Part shown: in pieces, positions 9,075-19,320 of the stretch
Numbering within the stretch: position 1 is the stretch's first letter
Layout of the letters: each line of letters begins with the position of its first letter
From: Chthoniobacteraceae bacterium
GTDB taxonomy: Bacteria; Verrucomicrobiota; Verrucomicrobiia; Chthoniobacterales; Chthoniobacteraceae
Assembly (NCBI GenBank): GCA_049690035.1
Contig: JBAVML010000467.1
Span: forward strand, 1 to 54,740
Direction of reading: 5' to 3'
Length of the DNA stretch: 54,740 nt
Position numbers and translations under genes: made by a program
The notes under the pieces: generated by a model
Seen by the model: only the letters and a program-made list of their open reading frames with translations
The model's database searches: none
Told to the model about the DNA's origin: nothing

Positions 9075-10271
9075 ATGAAAACACTACCCCTCCTCTTCAA
9101 GACCTCTCATCTCGCCGTATTCGCTTCCACCGCCTGCGTCCTCTTCAGTGCAGTTTCGCCGGCACCGGCGGCCACCATTACTCCGAAAAGCCAGGCGCGC
9201 AGTGTGCAGATCGCCGTCAGCTTTGGCGGCGTTCCGCAATCGACCTCCGCGAAGGCCACTGGCTACGGCCCGTTCAACAAGACGCTGAACTACGCCGGCG
9301 GCGCCGGCTTCGATACCTATCAAGTCCAGGCCGTGCAGACTTCGCAGGTCGATGCCGCGGCGATCAGCGCGACGGGGAGTATCATCAATCGCCTCGGCCA
9401 TCCCTTCGCCTCGGATGCCAACGCGCAGTCCGATTTCAAAGTGACGTTCCGGGTGACACAAACTGTAACCTACACGCTGGGCGGCTCCCTGCTTTGGGAT
9501 GAAATCTATCCTGACCCCGCCGCGCCCTCGCCGACCGTCACGCTCTCCGGCGCGAGCGGCGTGATCTACGAGGCAAACACGATGAGTGATGGAACACCGG
9601 TCGATTACACCACCAACGGCACCCTGCCTCCCGGCGACTATGTCATCGAGGGACACGCGGCGGCGCTTTTGCCCTACGGTGGCATGGCGGCCAGCAAGAG
9701 TTTCAGCCTGCTCCTCTCAGTGACTCCCGTCGGTCCGCCGCCGCCCGGCCCGGGGCAGGTGTATGCCTTCAATGGTTCGTTGATCGGCCTGCAGGACATC
9801 GGCGGCGTCTTTACGCCGGTTACTTTGAAAGCGGCGGATCTCGTGAATCTCGCGCTCGCCAAGCCCGCAACAAACGTCCCGAAAAATGAGGTGCTCGCCT
9901 TGGTGAGCGACAACCTCGATCACAGCTTGCGCATCGTCGTCTGGGATATCAAAGCCGCCGCCGTCCTCAGCGAGCTGGGCCAGGTGGTCTTGTCCGGCGG
10001 CTTAGTCTCGCCGACTGACTTCGCAACGATGGCCGACGTACCAATCAATCACGTGGGCAGCCTCCTCGACACGCTCAATAACGTGCCGAGCATGCTCACG
10101 ATGATTGCCACCGGCACCTTCGATCCGGCCAATCCTGCCACCGCCAACAAGCTCACCGCCAACCCCTGCATTGGTCAGCTCAGCTATGTCGATGCTACCG
10201 GCGCAAGTCAGAGCGTGCTCATTCATCGCGGCTCACTTGTCACTGGCCGCAAGCTCGGCACAACGCCGTAA
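9075..10271 (+). CDS. Hypothetical secreted beta-rich two-domain protein
   Basis: 398 aa ORF with Sec-like signal peptide (..SPAPA|ATIT), T/S/G/V-rich composition and a PPPPGPG linker. No CxxCH. Confidence 0.75.
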   Translation: MKTLPLLFKTSHLAVFASTACVLFSAVSPAPAATITPKSQARSVQIAVSFGGVPQSTSAKATGYGPFNKTLNYAGGAGFDTYQVQAVQTSQVDAAAISATGSIINRLGHPFASDANAQSDFKVTFRVTQTVTYTLGGSLLWDEIYPDPAAPSPTVTLSGASGVIYEANTMSDGTPVDYTTNGTLPPGDYVIEGHAAALLPYGGMAASKSFSLLLSVTPVGPPPPGPGQVYAFNGSLIGLQDIGGVFTPVTLKAADLVNLALAKPATNVPKNEVLALVSDNLDHSLRIVVWDIKAAAVLSELGQVVLSGGLVSPTDFATMADVPINHVGSLLDTLNNVPSMLTMIATGTFDPANPATANKLTANPCIGQLSYVDATGASQSVLIHRGSLVTGRKLGTTP

Positions 10272-10306
10272 CTAACTAACCAACCCCGCTTTCCCCCCCG
10301 AGGCAT

Positions 10307-12538
10307 ATGAAGACGCCCGCCGCAATCGTGAACGTCGCAGTTGCGGCGGCGTTCTTCCTTTCAAGCCACTCCACCGCCCTTGCCGGTGGCGGCAAGTGGA
10401 CGATCACTGGCTGGAACAACCTCGGGATGCATTGCATGGACGATGACTACTCGGTCTTCTCTATCCTTCCGCCTTTCAATACCATCAATGTGCAGTTGAT
10501 GGATGCGCAGGGGCATCTGGTCACTAATCCTGCGGGACTAACCCTAACCTATGAGGCGGTGGCCGATCCGCTCGGTTCCATTAACAAGACCTCCGCAGGA
10601 AAAACGAACTTCTGGGACTATGCGCCCGCGCTCTTCGGCGGAAATTTGCTGCCGGATCAGGGTCTGGCGGGCAAGAACATGCCGGGTTTGGCGAACATCC
10701 CCCAGCCGATGGATTGGGATGCAAACTTCCGGTGGTTCAATGCGACGGGCATCCCGATCACGCCGGTGGATGACTATCAATCCACCAACACCTACCCGCT
10801 AATGAAGCTCTCGGCGAGGAATGCGGCGGGCGCACTGCTCGCCTCGGTTGATGTGGTGCTGCCCGTTTCGTCCGAGGTGGACTGTCGCGCCTGCCACGCA
10901 CCGAACTCGAATCCGAAGGCCATGCCGGCGGTCGGCTGGGTGAATACTGGCGACGGCAAACGCGATCACCGGCTGAACATCCTGCTGCTACACGACGAAA
11001 AGAATCTCGGCTCGCCGCTCTATCAGCAGGCACTGCTGGACAAACAACTTCTGAGCGCCGGGCTTTATCAGACGGTCGTGCAACGCGGGACGCCCATCCT
11101 TTGCGCGAGCTGCCACGCCTCGGAGGCACTGGGCACCGGCGGTTATCCCGGAGCGAAGCCGCTGACGACTTCCGTGCATGGCTTCCACGCCAATGTCGTC
11201 GATTGGAAGTCGGGGCTGAGCCTCGACTTGAGTGAGAACCGCGCGTCCTGCTACCAATGCCATCCCGGCTCGACCACGAAATGTCTGCGCGGCGCGATGG
11301 GTTCCGCCGTGGCCACCGACGGCACGATGGCGATGCAATGCCAGAGCTGCCACGGCTCGATGAGCGACGTGGGTGCGGTCACGCGCACCGGCTGGCTCGA
11401 CGAACCTAACTGTCAGTCCTGCCACACTGGGACCGCGACCTCGAACAACGGCCAGATTGTTTACCACACCGTCTTTGACCGACCGCAACACGAACGCGTC
11501 GCCGTCAATCCGACCTTCGCCACGAACCCCAATACCCCCGCGCAGGGTAAGTCACTCTTTCGCTTTTCCAAAGGCCATGGCGGCCTGCAATGCGAAGCCT
11601 GCCACGGCTCGACGCACGCGGAATTTCCCACCTGGACGGACAACGACAACATTGCGAGCAAGCAGCTCCAGGGACACATCGGAGTGGTCGCGGAATGCAT
11701 CACCTGCCACGCCACCATCCCAAACACGGTGGCGGGCGGCCCGCACGGCTTGCATCCGCTCGGATCGGCGTGGGCCAGCCGGCATGGCGATCTCCTCGAA
11801 CACGGCGGCTCGATCAGTAATTGCCAAAGCTGTCACGGCGTAGACTTCCGCGGCTCGCGGCTCTCGCGGGCGCAGGGCGATCGCGCGCTGGCACTCGAGG
11901 AGTCGGGGGCGAAACGCTTTTGGCGCGGGCAGACCATCGGCTGCTACGACTGCCACAATGGACCCAACGGCGAAGACGGCCCTGGTCGTCGCCCGCCCGT
12001 GGTCCGCAATGGCTCGCTCGTCACCGTGCGTGATCAGGCGAAATCGCTGCCGCTCGCGGGCACCGGAGCCTCCACCTGGCGGGTCGTCAGCCAGCCGGTG
12101 CATGGCACGGTCGGCCTGCAGGGCACGCTGGCCACTTACTTCCCAGATCCCGGCTATGTCGGCGCCGACTCGTTTACCTACGCTGCGTCGAATGGATTTG
12201 TGGAATCAAATCTAGGCACGACCAAGATCCGCATCGGCGGAGTGGTGAATGGGGTCGCTGACATCGTGCCGCCGACCGTCACTCCGCGTCTGCCGGCGAA
12301 TCGAGCCCGCGTGCATGGTCCGGACGTTACCGTCACCGGAATCGCCGCCGACAAGAACGGCATCAGCCTTGTTGAGTATCGCATCGGCGTCGGTCCGTGG
12401 CAGACAGCCACAGGCACGACCAAATGGAGCGCCGCGATCACCGGCGTCACCGCCGGTCCGCTCACGCTCAGCTTCCGCTCGACCGACGCCGCCGGCAATC
12501 AATCCACCGTGATCAAGCGCACCTACACCGTGTTGTAG
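10307..12538 (+). CDS. Secreted multiheme cytochrome c (9 CxxCH) with C-terminal Ig/cadherin-like domains
   Basis: Signal peptide. Heme motifs CRACH, CASCH, CYQCH, CQSCH x3, CEACH, CITCH and CYDCH. Big_9-like P.HGTV...Y.PDPGYVGADSFTY, then a terminal Ig-like D..PP.V...TDAAGNQS domain. Confidence 0.9.
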   Translation: MKTPAAIVNVAVAAAFFLSSHSTALAGGGKWTITGWNNLGMHCMDDDYSVFSILPPFNTINVQLMDAQGHLVTNPAGLTLTYEAVADPLGSINKTSAGKTNFWDYAPALFGGNLLPDQGLAGKNMPGLANIPQPMDWDANFRWFNATGIPITPVDDYQSTNTYPLMKLSARNAAGALLASVDVVLPVSSEVDCRACHAPNSNPKAMPAVGWVNTGDGKRDHRLNILLLHDEKNLGSPLYQQALLDKQLLSAGLYQTVVQRGTPILCASCHASEALGTGGYPGAKPLTTSVHGFHANVVDWKSGLSLDLSENRASCYQCHPGSTTKCLRGAMGSAVATDGTMAMQCQSCHGSMSDVGAVTRTGWLDEPNCQSCHTGTATSNNGQIVYHTVFDRPQHERVAVNPTFATNPNTPAQGKSLFRFSKGHGGLQCEACHGSTHAEFPTWTDNDNIASKQLQGHIGVVAECITCHATIPNTVAGGPHGLHPLGSAWASRHGDLLEHGGSISNCQSCHGVDFRGSRLSRAQGDRALALEESGAKRFWRGQTIGCYDCHNGPNGEDGPGRRPPVVRNGSLVTVRDQAKSLPLAGTGASTWRVVSQPVHGTVGLQGTLATYFPDPGYVGADSFTYAASNGFVESNLGTTKIRIGGVVNGVADIVPPTVTPRLPANRARVHGPDVTVTGIAADKNGISLVEYRIGVGPWQTATGTTKWSAAITGVTAGPLTLSFRSTDAAGNQSTVIKRTYTVL

Positions 12539-12638
12539 CGCAACGAGCCATGCGACCCGCGCAAAATCCGCCAATCAACGCACAAGCGCGGGTGAGCAGG
12601 CTGCCGTTTCAGGTCGAAGTTACCGCTCTCCCCAAGCT

Positions 12639-14924
12639 ATGAACCGCACTAGAACGACTCTCTCGGTGCTCGCCGCCTTCGCGTTCGTAGCGAGCTTAAC
12701 GGCGCCGCGCGCCGATGCCGGCAATGGCCAGTGGACACTCATCGGTTGGAACAACCTCGGCATGCACTGCATGGACGACGACTATTCCGTCTTCACGATC
12801 CTGCCGCCGTATAACACCGTGAATTCGCAGCTCATCGACGCACAGGGCAGGCTGGTGCTTGCACCGACCGGGCTGACGCTGACTTACGAGCCGGTCGCCG
12901 ACCTCGACGGCTCGATCAACCGCACGTCCGCCGGCAAAACGAATTTCTGGGAATTCCTGCCCGCGGCGTACGGCGCGACGTTGCCCATGGATGCCGGGCT
13001 GGCGGGCAATGCGATGCCGGGAATCGCCAACACCCCGCAGCCGCTGACCTGGAACGGCGGGTTCAATTGGTTTGAAGGCATCGGGATTCCCATCACGCCG
13101 GTCGATGACGCCGGTCATGCGAATGCCTACCCGATGATGCGCCTCGTGGCGAAGAACAGCGCGGGCACGGTGCTCGCGAAGACCGACGTGGTGCTGCCGG
13201 TCTCGGGCGAAATGGATTGCCGTGCGTGCCACGGCTCGGGCGCCGGTCCTGAGGCGCGGCCTGCCGGTGGATGGGTGGATGATCCCGTCGCGAAGCGTGA
13301 CTACCGGTTGAACATTCTGCGCCTGCACGATGAGAAGCATCTCGCCGACGGCGTGTATCAAGCAGCGCTCGCGGCGAATGGCTTCCGAGCCGACGGCATG
13401 TTCAACACCGTCACGCTCGCCAACACGCCGATCCTTTGCGCGAAATGCCATGCCTCCGAAGCGCTTGGCACCGCGGGCGCGCCGGGTGTCGATCCGCTCA
13501 CGCGCTCGATGCACGCCAAACATGCGAACGTCACCAACCCGACGAACGGCTTGAAGATGGATCTCATCTCCAACCGCAGCGCGTGCTACCAATGCCATCC
13601 CGGTTCGACGACGCGCTGTCTGCGTGGCGCGATGGGCGCGGCGGTTGCGCAGGACGGCTCGATGGCCATGCAATGCCAGAGCTGTCACGGCACGATGAGT
13701 CAGGTGGGCGCGTTGAATCGCACCGGTTGGCTCGATGAACCCGGCTGCCAGACTTGCCACACCGGCAGCGCCACGCAGAACAACGGCCAGATCCGTTACA
13801 CGAACTCCTTCGACACCAGCGGCAATTTGCGCGTGCCGGTCAGCACGCTTTTCGCCACCAACCCCGACACGCCCGCGCCGGGCAAATCGCTCTACCGCTT
13901 TTCCAAAGGACACGGCGGTCTGCAATGCGAGGCCTGTCACGGATCAACTCACGCCGAATTTCCGTCCGCGCATCGCAACGACAACGTCCAGAGCGCGCAG
14001 CTCCAGGGCCACGTCGGCGTGCTCATGGAATGCACCGCGTGCCATGCCACGATGCCGGCGGCCAATACGACCAACGCGAACAAGGGGCCGCACGGCATGC
14101 ATCCGATCGGCAATAGTTGGGCGACGAACCATCCCGACATCGCCGAGTCGGTGGGCGTCGCCCAGTGCCGCGCCTGTCATGGCGCCAACGACCGCGGCAC
14201 CGTGCTCTCCCGGGCGTCAGCCGACCGCACCGTCACGACGAGCAAGTTTGGCGCGAAGGCATTCTGGCGCGGTCAGGAAATCGGCTGCTACGAGTGCCAC
14301 AACGGCACCAACAGTTCCAACGTCACCACGCGCACTCGCCCCGTGATCAGCAACGCCGCGCTCACCGTCCCCGAGGGCGGCACCGGCTCACTCGCTCTGA
14401 GCGCGAGTGGCATCGGCTCGACCGTGCGCATCAGCCGCCAGCCGGGTCACGGTTCGGTCGCGCTGAATGGGAGCGTCGCCACTTACTTCGCCGAACCGGG
14501 ATACATCGGGCCCGATAGCTTCGCCTACGCCGCCAGCGACAGCGGCGGCTACGTCGATTCCGCCACCAGCGCCACCGTCTCCGTCAGCGTAGGCACCATC
14601 ACCGCATCCCTGGACTCCGATGGCGACGGCATCCCCGATCTCGTCGAATACGCGCTCGGCCTCTCGCCGCAGTTCCCTTCCGCGAGCGGTGTGAATGTTC
14701 CCGCCATCGAGACCTTCAGCGGCCTCCGCTATCTCACGCTGAACATCGCCCGCTTTCTCCCTCCCACGGACGCGACCGTGAGTATCGAGGTCTCGGGCGA
14801 CCTCCAGACCTGGCTCCCGGCGACGGTGGTAACGAATAATTCCTCGTTGCTCAAAGCCCGCGATCCGGTGTCCGCCGACGGCGCCGCCCGCCGGTTCATC
14901 CGGGTGAAAGTCACGCGGCCCTGA
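12639..14924 (+). CDS. Secreted multiheme cytochrome c (9 CxxCH), paralogue of 10307-12538, with a different C-terminal domain
   Basis: Heme motifs CRACH x2, CAKCH, CYQCH, CQSCH, CQTCH, CEACH, CTACH and CYECH. Same GWNNLGMHCMDDDYSVF N-terminal domain as the paralogue. Tail DSDGDGIPDLVEYALG...RRFIRVKVTRP. Confidence 0.9.
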   Translation: MNRTRTTLSVLAAFAFVASLTAPRADAGNGQWTLIGWNNLGMHCMDDDYSVFTILPPYNTVNSQLIDAQGRLVLAPTGLTLTYEPVADLDGSINRTSAGKTNFWEFLPAAYGATLPMDAGLAGNAMPGIANTPQPLTWNGGFNWFEGIGIPITPVDDAGHANAYPMMRLVAKNSAGTVLAKTDVVLPVSGEMDCRACHGSGAGPEARPAGGWVDDPVAKRDYRLNILRLHDEKHLADGVYQAALAANGFRADGMFNTVTLANTPILCAKCHASEALGTAGAPGVDPLTRSMHAKHANVTNPTNGLKMDLISNRSACYQCHPGSTTRCLRGAMGAAVAQDGSMAMQCQSCHGTMSQVGALNRTGWLDEPGCQTCHTGSATQNNGQIRYTNSFDTSGNLRVPVSTLFATNPDTPAPGKSLYRFSKGHGGLQCEACHGSTHAEFPSAHRNDNVQSAQLQGHVGVLMECTACHATMPAANTTNANKGPHGMHPIGNSWATNHPDIAESVGVAQCRACHGANDRGTVLSRASADRTVTTSKFGAKAFWRGQEIGCYECHNGTNSSNVTTRTRPVISNAALTVPEGGTGSLALSASGIGSTVRISRQPGHGSVALNGSVATYFAEPGYIGPDSFAYAASDSGGYVDSATSATVSVSVGTITASLDSDGDGIPDLVEYALGLSPQFPSASGVNVPAIETFSGLRYLTLNIARFLPPTDATVSIEVSGDLQTWLPATVVTNNSSLLKARDPVSADGAARRFIRVKVTRP

Positions 14925-14968
14925 GATGGAAGAATTCCCGGGCGGGCGCTGCGGCGCGCAATCGTGGC

Positions 14969-16273
14969 TTAGCCGATCAATTGCGGGATCGCCGTGCCGT
15001 AGCGGGTGATCATCACCGGACGTCCGCTGGGCGTGTGGTATTCCTTGCGCGGGTTGATGCCGAGCGCGGAATAGAACGTCGCGACGATGTCGTCGGGCGT
15101 GATCGCCTTGTCCTTCGGGCCCTCGCCCTTCGCGTCGCTTTCGCCCACCACCTGGCCACCGCGGATGCCGCCGCCGGCGAGGAGGCTGAACATCGCGCGC
15201 GGATAGTGATCGCGGCCGGAGCGCGGATTGACCTTCGGCGTGCGGCCAAATTCGCCGGTGACATAGACGACGGTCGATTCGAGCAATCCTTTCGCCGCCA
15301 GCGCTTCGAACAAGCCGCTGAGACCCGCGTCGAGCGACGGAAGGTTCTTGTTCTTCAAAGTATTGAAGTTGTCATTGTGCGTGTCCCAGCCGCCGATATT
15401 CACGGTGACAAACTTGACGCCGTTTTCGATCAGCCGCGTGGCGAGCAGGCAGCTTTGGGAGAATTGATCGGCGCCGAAGAGACTCGTCATGTTCATGCTT
15501 TCCTTCGAGAGGTCGAAGGCCTCGCGCGCCTTGGTCGAACGCATCATCGTGTAGGCCTTCTGGCCGAATTCATCCATGCCGGAGAGGATCTTGTCTTCCT
15601 TCGCGAAGTCGCCGAACGCGGTGTCGTAGCGCTTCACGAGATTTTGCCGACGGTCCACGTCATCGAGCGTGACGCCGCGCAACGCGAGGCCGCGGATTTC
15701 CATCGGTTTGCCGGCCGTGGGCTGCGAGCCGGTGTCGAACGGTCCGTATTCCACGCCGAGGTAGCCGGTCGGGTTGTTGCCTTGGTTCGGCACGGCGACG
15801 AAGGCGGGGAGCTCGGGAATCGCGCCGAGTTCTTTCGAAACGACGGAGCCGAGGCTCGGGAAGGAAAGCGATGGCAACGGGCGATTGCCGGTGCCCATGT
15901 AGAGCGTGCCGAGTTCGTGCGCCGCGAGGGTATGCGAGACGCCGCGGAGAATCGCGAACTTATCGGCGCTCTTCGCGAGCTTGGGCAGATGCTCGCAGAT
16001 TTGCATCCCGTCCACGTTCGTGGCGATCGGCTTGAACTCGCCGCGATGCGTGTCGGGCGCGTCGGGCTTCAGGTCGAAGGTATCCATGTGGCTCGGGCCG
16101 CCGCCGAGGCGGACGAAGATCGCGGCCTTGGCCTTGCCGGTAGGCGAGACGCCGCCGGTCGCGGCTTGCGCGAGAAAGTTTTGCAGGCTGAAGCCAACGC
16201 CGAAGCCAGTGATGGCGCCGACGCGGAGGAAGTCACGGCGCGTGACGCCGTCGCAGCAGAGGTAGTTGCTCAT
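14969..16273 (-). CDS. DUF1501 domain protein (Tat-like leader)
   Basis: Motifs TRRDFLRVG, GGPSHMDTFDLKP, GGWDTH, GEFGRTPKVN...GRDHYP and AGGGIRGGQVVG.SD. Confidence 0.9.
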   Translation of the reverse strand: MSNYLCCDGVTRRDFLRVGAITGFGVGFSLQNFLAQAATGGVSPTGKAKAAIFVRLGGGPSHMDTFDLKPDAPDTHRGEFKPIATNVDGMQICEHLPKLAKSADKFAILRGVSHTLAAHELGTLYMGTGNRPLPSLSFPSLGSVVSKELGAIPELPAFVAVPNQGNNPTGYLGVEYGPFDTGSQPTAGKPMEIRGLALRGVTLDDVDRRQNLVKRYDTAFGDFAKEDKILSGMDEFGQKAYTMMRSTKAREAFDLSKESMNMTSLFGADQFSQSCLLATRLIENGVKFVTVNIGGWDTHNDNFNTLKNKNLPSLDAGLSGLFEALAAKGLLESTVVYVTGEFGRTPKVNPRSGRDHYPRAMFSLLAGGGIRGGQVVGESDAKGEGPKDKAITPDDIVATFYSALGINPRKEYHTPSGRPVMITRYGTAIPQLIG

Positions 16274-16313
16274 GGGATGGGTTTGTTTGTTTGGGAGTTA
16301 GATTGGAAACTAG

Positions 16314-19130
16314 TTAGTGGTTCACCATGAACTCGCGCGTGTTGAGCATGGCCCAAAGCAAATCGCGCACGCCGTCCACAGGAGTCTTCGCTTCGGCGAG
16401 ATCGGCTTTGGCCTTGGTGAATTCAGCGTCACTCGGTGGGCGGCTGACCGTGCGGAGAAAGACCTGACGGATCGCCGCGTCGGCTACAAATGGTGTGTGT
16501 GGTTTCGTCGCTTCCGCGAGATCCTTTTTCAACTGCTCCAGGCGCGTATTGGCTTCCTTGATTTGCTCTTCGCGCTGCTTGAGCGAACGCTCGTATTTTT
16601 CCAGCACCGTGGCGTCCTCGGTCGCGGGCTTTTCCGGTGCGGCGGCGGCGGTCATCGCCGCGAGTTTCTCGCCGACTTTCTGGATCTTCTGCCGCAGCTC
16701 TTCCGCGATCTTCTCGGGATTGGCCACGAAGTTCTTTCGCAGGTCCTCGATCCAGGCGCTCTTGTTCCCCATGTCGAGGCGACTTAGGAAGGTGGGATCA
16801 TTGCGGGTGTAGATGGTTTGCAGCAGGGTCGGATCGGTGGTGCGCTCGCAGTCGCAATTCACTTCCCGCGCCGGCTTGCCGAAAATCCCAAGAGCATAGC
16901 CATCCGCATTCTTGCCGCCACCGCCGCCGCGGCTCGCATCATTGCCGATCGGCCCAATCGCGCGGTCCGCCACGTCTGTCGCGAAGGTCGCCACGCGCGT
17001 GTCGGTGGTGGTCGCCATCGTCATCGCATCGAAGGCCACTTCGGCGGGCAGGCGGCGGATCACCGCGTGGCTGAAGTTCTTGTCGTCGAGCTTGTTTGTC
17101 TCATTGGTCTTCCAGCTCCGCTGATAGGTGCCGCTGTTGAGGATCTCGCGATGCAGCCACTTGAGGTCGTATTTGTGCGCCACGAATCCAGTCGCGAGAT
17201 AATCGAGCAGCGGGCCGTTGACTGGTGCATTTGCAAGGTTGAGATCGTCGGCTGGCTCGACGATGCCGCGGTGAAAGTAGGTCGCCCACACACGATTGAC
17301 CCAGGCCTTGGCAAAGTAGGGATTCTCTTTGTCGCGCAGCCATTTCATCAAAGGTTCGCGCGGGTCGTTGTATTGCTGGAGCATCACTTCCTCGCCGCCG
17401 AGGATCTTGGGTGTTATCACGCGCGAACTGCCCTGCGCCTCGTTCTTGTTCTTCTGACCTTCCTTCACCGGCGCACTCGTCCGCGCGTAAAGTTCCGGCC
17501 ACGGCACCATTTCGCCCGCCTCCAGTCGCCGATTGTATTCCGCCTGGGTGGCGCGTTGCTCGTTGTTTTTCTTCGGGTCGAGTTCCTTGCCGGCGAGTTC
17601 CGCGGCGACCTTTTCCTTGATCTCTTTATTTATCGAAACATAGGACACGGGCTCCGCCGGCACATTTTTTTCAACCGGTCTGGCGCCCGCGGTGAGGTTG
17701 GTGAAGAACGCCTTGAACTGTTCAAAGTCTGTCTTGGTCCACTGGTCGAATGGATGCTTGTGACACTCCGCGCATTCGATCCGCACGCCGAGAAAGGTGT
17801 GGGCAAAGGCGAGCGATTTCTCCTCCGGCTTCTGCGTGTTCCGACGCATCCAGAAATACGGCAGGTTCGCGCGTGTGGTGAAATCCGCGCGATGCTCCTT
17901 GCGGAAATACGCGCCCATCTCCTCCGCGTATTCCTGGTAGCTCTGCGTGGGCGACGTGCGGCCGGTCGCGAGGATGATCCCGGCTGCGAGTTCGTCATAC
18001 GGCTGGTTTTGCGAGACGCGCTTGTAGATCCAGTCATACCACTGCCGCGACATCTCGCCGTTCAGGTTCCGCGCATTGCCGAGGACGTTGTTGATGTTGC
18101 GCGAGCTGTTGCCGGTGAAGTCGCACAGCTTCGTCGTCCACCATGCCGCGTAGGCCGGGCGCGAGAGCAGTTCATCGATCTTCTTCGTCCGTTTGGTCGG
18201 CGATTTGTCGGCGAGGAAAGCGTCGATCTCCGCGGGCGCCGGGAGCGTCCCGGTGACATCGAGCGACACGCGCCGCAGGAACTCCGCATCCGTGGCCAGT
18301 TCGCTCGGGACGATTCCGGTCTTCTTCAGCTTGTCGAGCACCAGCGCATCGACCTTTGTCCGCGCCTTCACCACCGGATACTTGTCGCCCACGCGATCCG
18401 ACACCGGCAGCATCGCGGCGACCGGCTCCACGCCGTTGTCGTAAAAGGCCACGATGTGCGTGTCGCCCTTCTCCTTGCTCGTCACCAGGCCGATCGCGCT
18501 CACTTCCGCGACCGACTCGTCATTCGTCCGGAAGCGCGTGATCTGCGTCACGTCCTCGACCGTTCCATCCTTCCAATGCGCCAGCACCTGGAGCTGGATC
18601 GCATCGCCCGCCTTCTTGAAAACGAGTTCCTTCGGCAGCACCTCGAGGCGCGCGAGCTCGCCGGTCTCCGCCACGTCGCTCTTCGCTCCGGCGACGATCC
18701 ATTTGAGGATCAGGTTATACTCCCACGAACCCTTCTCGATGATCTTCTTCCCCTTGTGCTTTTCCCCGTCGAGCGCCGGCTTGGTCAGGATCAGGCTGGT
18801 CGTCGGGTCCTGAAGTTCGACGCGGATTCCGTCTTCTTTGTCGGCTGTGATCTCGCGGTGATCTTTTTCAAAGTCGTAGCCGAAGAGCGAAAGCTGAAAG
18901 CCGCCCTGCCCGCTGAACGACCCATGGCATTCGCGCCCGCTGCATCCGAGCCGCGACATCAACGGCACCACGTGCCGGCGAAAGCTCGGCTCTTCTGCTT
19001 TCTCGAGGTTGATCCACCGCGCCGACGCGGGTTGCAGCGTTTTCTGCGGTGCCTCCGCCGGCATCTTGAGCGTATTGGCCAGCGCGGCGAGCGGGAAAAG
19101 GACGAGGCTGAATGCGAGTCGGGTTTTCAT
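16314..19130 (-). CDS. DUF1549/DUF1553 (PSD1-type) PVC protein with Ig-like domain
   Basis: Motifs PSFRRHVVP...GCSGRECHG, D.EFLRRVSLD.TG.LP, FLGVRIECAECHKHPFD.W, NPYFAKAWVNRVW and DLLWAMLNTREF. Start placed at MKTRL. Typical partner of DUF1501. Confidence 0.9.
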   Translation of the reverse strand: MKTRLAFSLVLFPLAALANTLKMPAEAPQKTLQPASARWINLEKAEEPSFRRHVVPLMSRLGCSGRECHGSFSGQGGFQLSLFGYDFEKDHREITADKEDGIRVELQDPTTSLILTKPALDGEKHKGKKIIEKGSWEYNLILKWIVAGAKSDVAETGELARLEVLPKELVFKKAGDAIQLQVLAHWKDGTVEDVTQITRFRTNDESVAEVSAIGLVTSKEKGDTHIVAFYDNGVEPVAAMLPVSDRVGDKYPVVKARTKVDALVLDKLKKTGIVPSELATDAEFLRRVSLDVTGTLPAPAEIDAFLADKSPTKRTKKIDELLSRPAYAAWWTTKLCDFTGNSSRNINNVLGNARNLNGEMSRQWYDWIYKRVSQNQPYDELAAGIILATGRTSPTQSYQEYAEEMGAYFRKEHRADFTTRANLPYFWMRRNTQKPEEKSLAFAHTFLGVRIECAECHKHPFDQWTKTDFEQFKAFFTNLTAGARPVEKNVPAEPVSYVSINKEIKEKVAAELAGKELDPKKNNEQRATQAEYNRRLEAGEMVPWPELYARTSAPVKEGQKNKNEAQGSSRVITPKILGGEEVMLQQYNDPREPLMKWLRDKENPYFAKAWVNRVWATYFHRGIVEPADDLNLANAPVNGPLLDYLATGFVAHKYDLKWLHREILNSGTYQRSWKTNETNKLDDKNFSHAVIRRLPAEVAFDAMTMATTTDTRVATFATDVADRAIGPIGNDASRGGGGGKNADGYALGIFGKPAREVNCDCERTTDPTLLQTIYTRNDPTFLSRLDMGNKSAWIEDLRKNFVANPEKIAEELRQKIQKVGEKLAAMTAAAAPEKPATEDATVLEKYERSLKQREEQIKEANTRLEQLKKDLAEATKPHTPFVADAAIRQVFLRTVSRPPSDAEFTKAKADLAEAKTPVDGVRDLLWAMLNTREFMVNH

Positions 19131-19320
19131 CCAGAAAAGGAGAGGTTCGGGGAGTTTGTTGCAGAGGCGGATCGCGGGGCGAACGTTCCAGGGGGAAAAG
19201 CGCGCAGGGCCGGTCACGTCTTACCTTCATGCGATCACCCTCCGTGAAATCCCTTGGGCTAAATCTTCGCCGGCGCCCGCGATCGCTGGCCGCCGGATCC
19301 TCGCCATCAATACGGCGGGT

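Noticed and set aside
10307..14924. Naming the cytochromes as OmcS/OmcZ/MtrA/MtrC orthologues
   Set aside because: Heme count, spacing and N-domain do not match what I can recall of those families, and there is no porin partner. Left unnamed pending a search.
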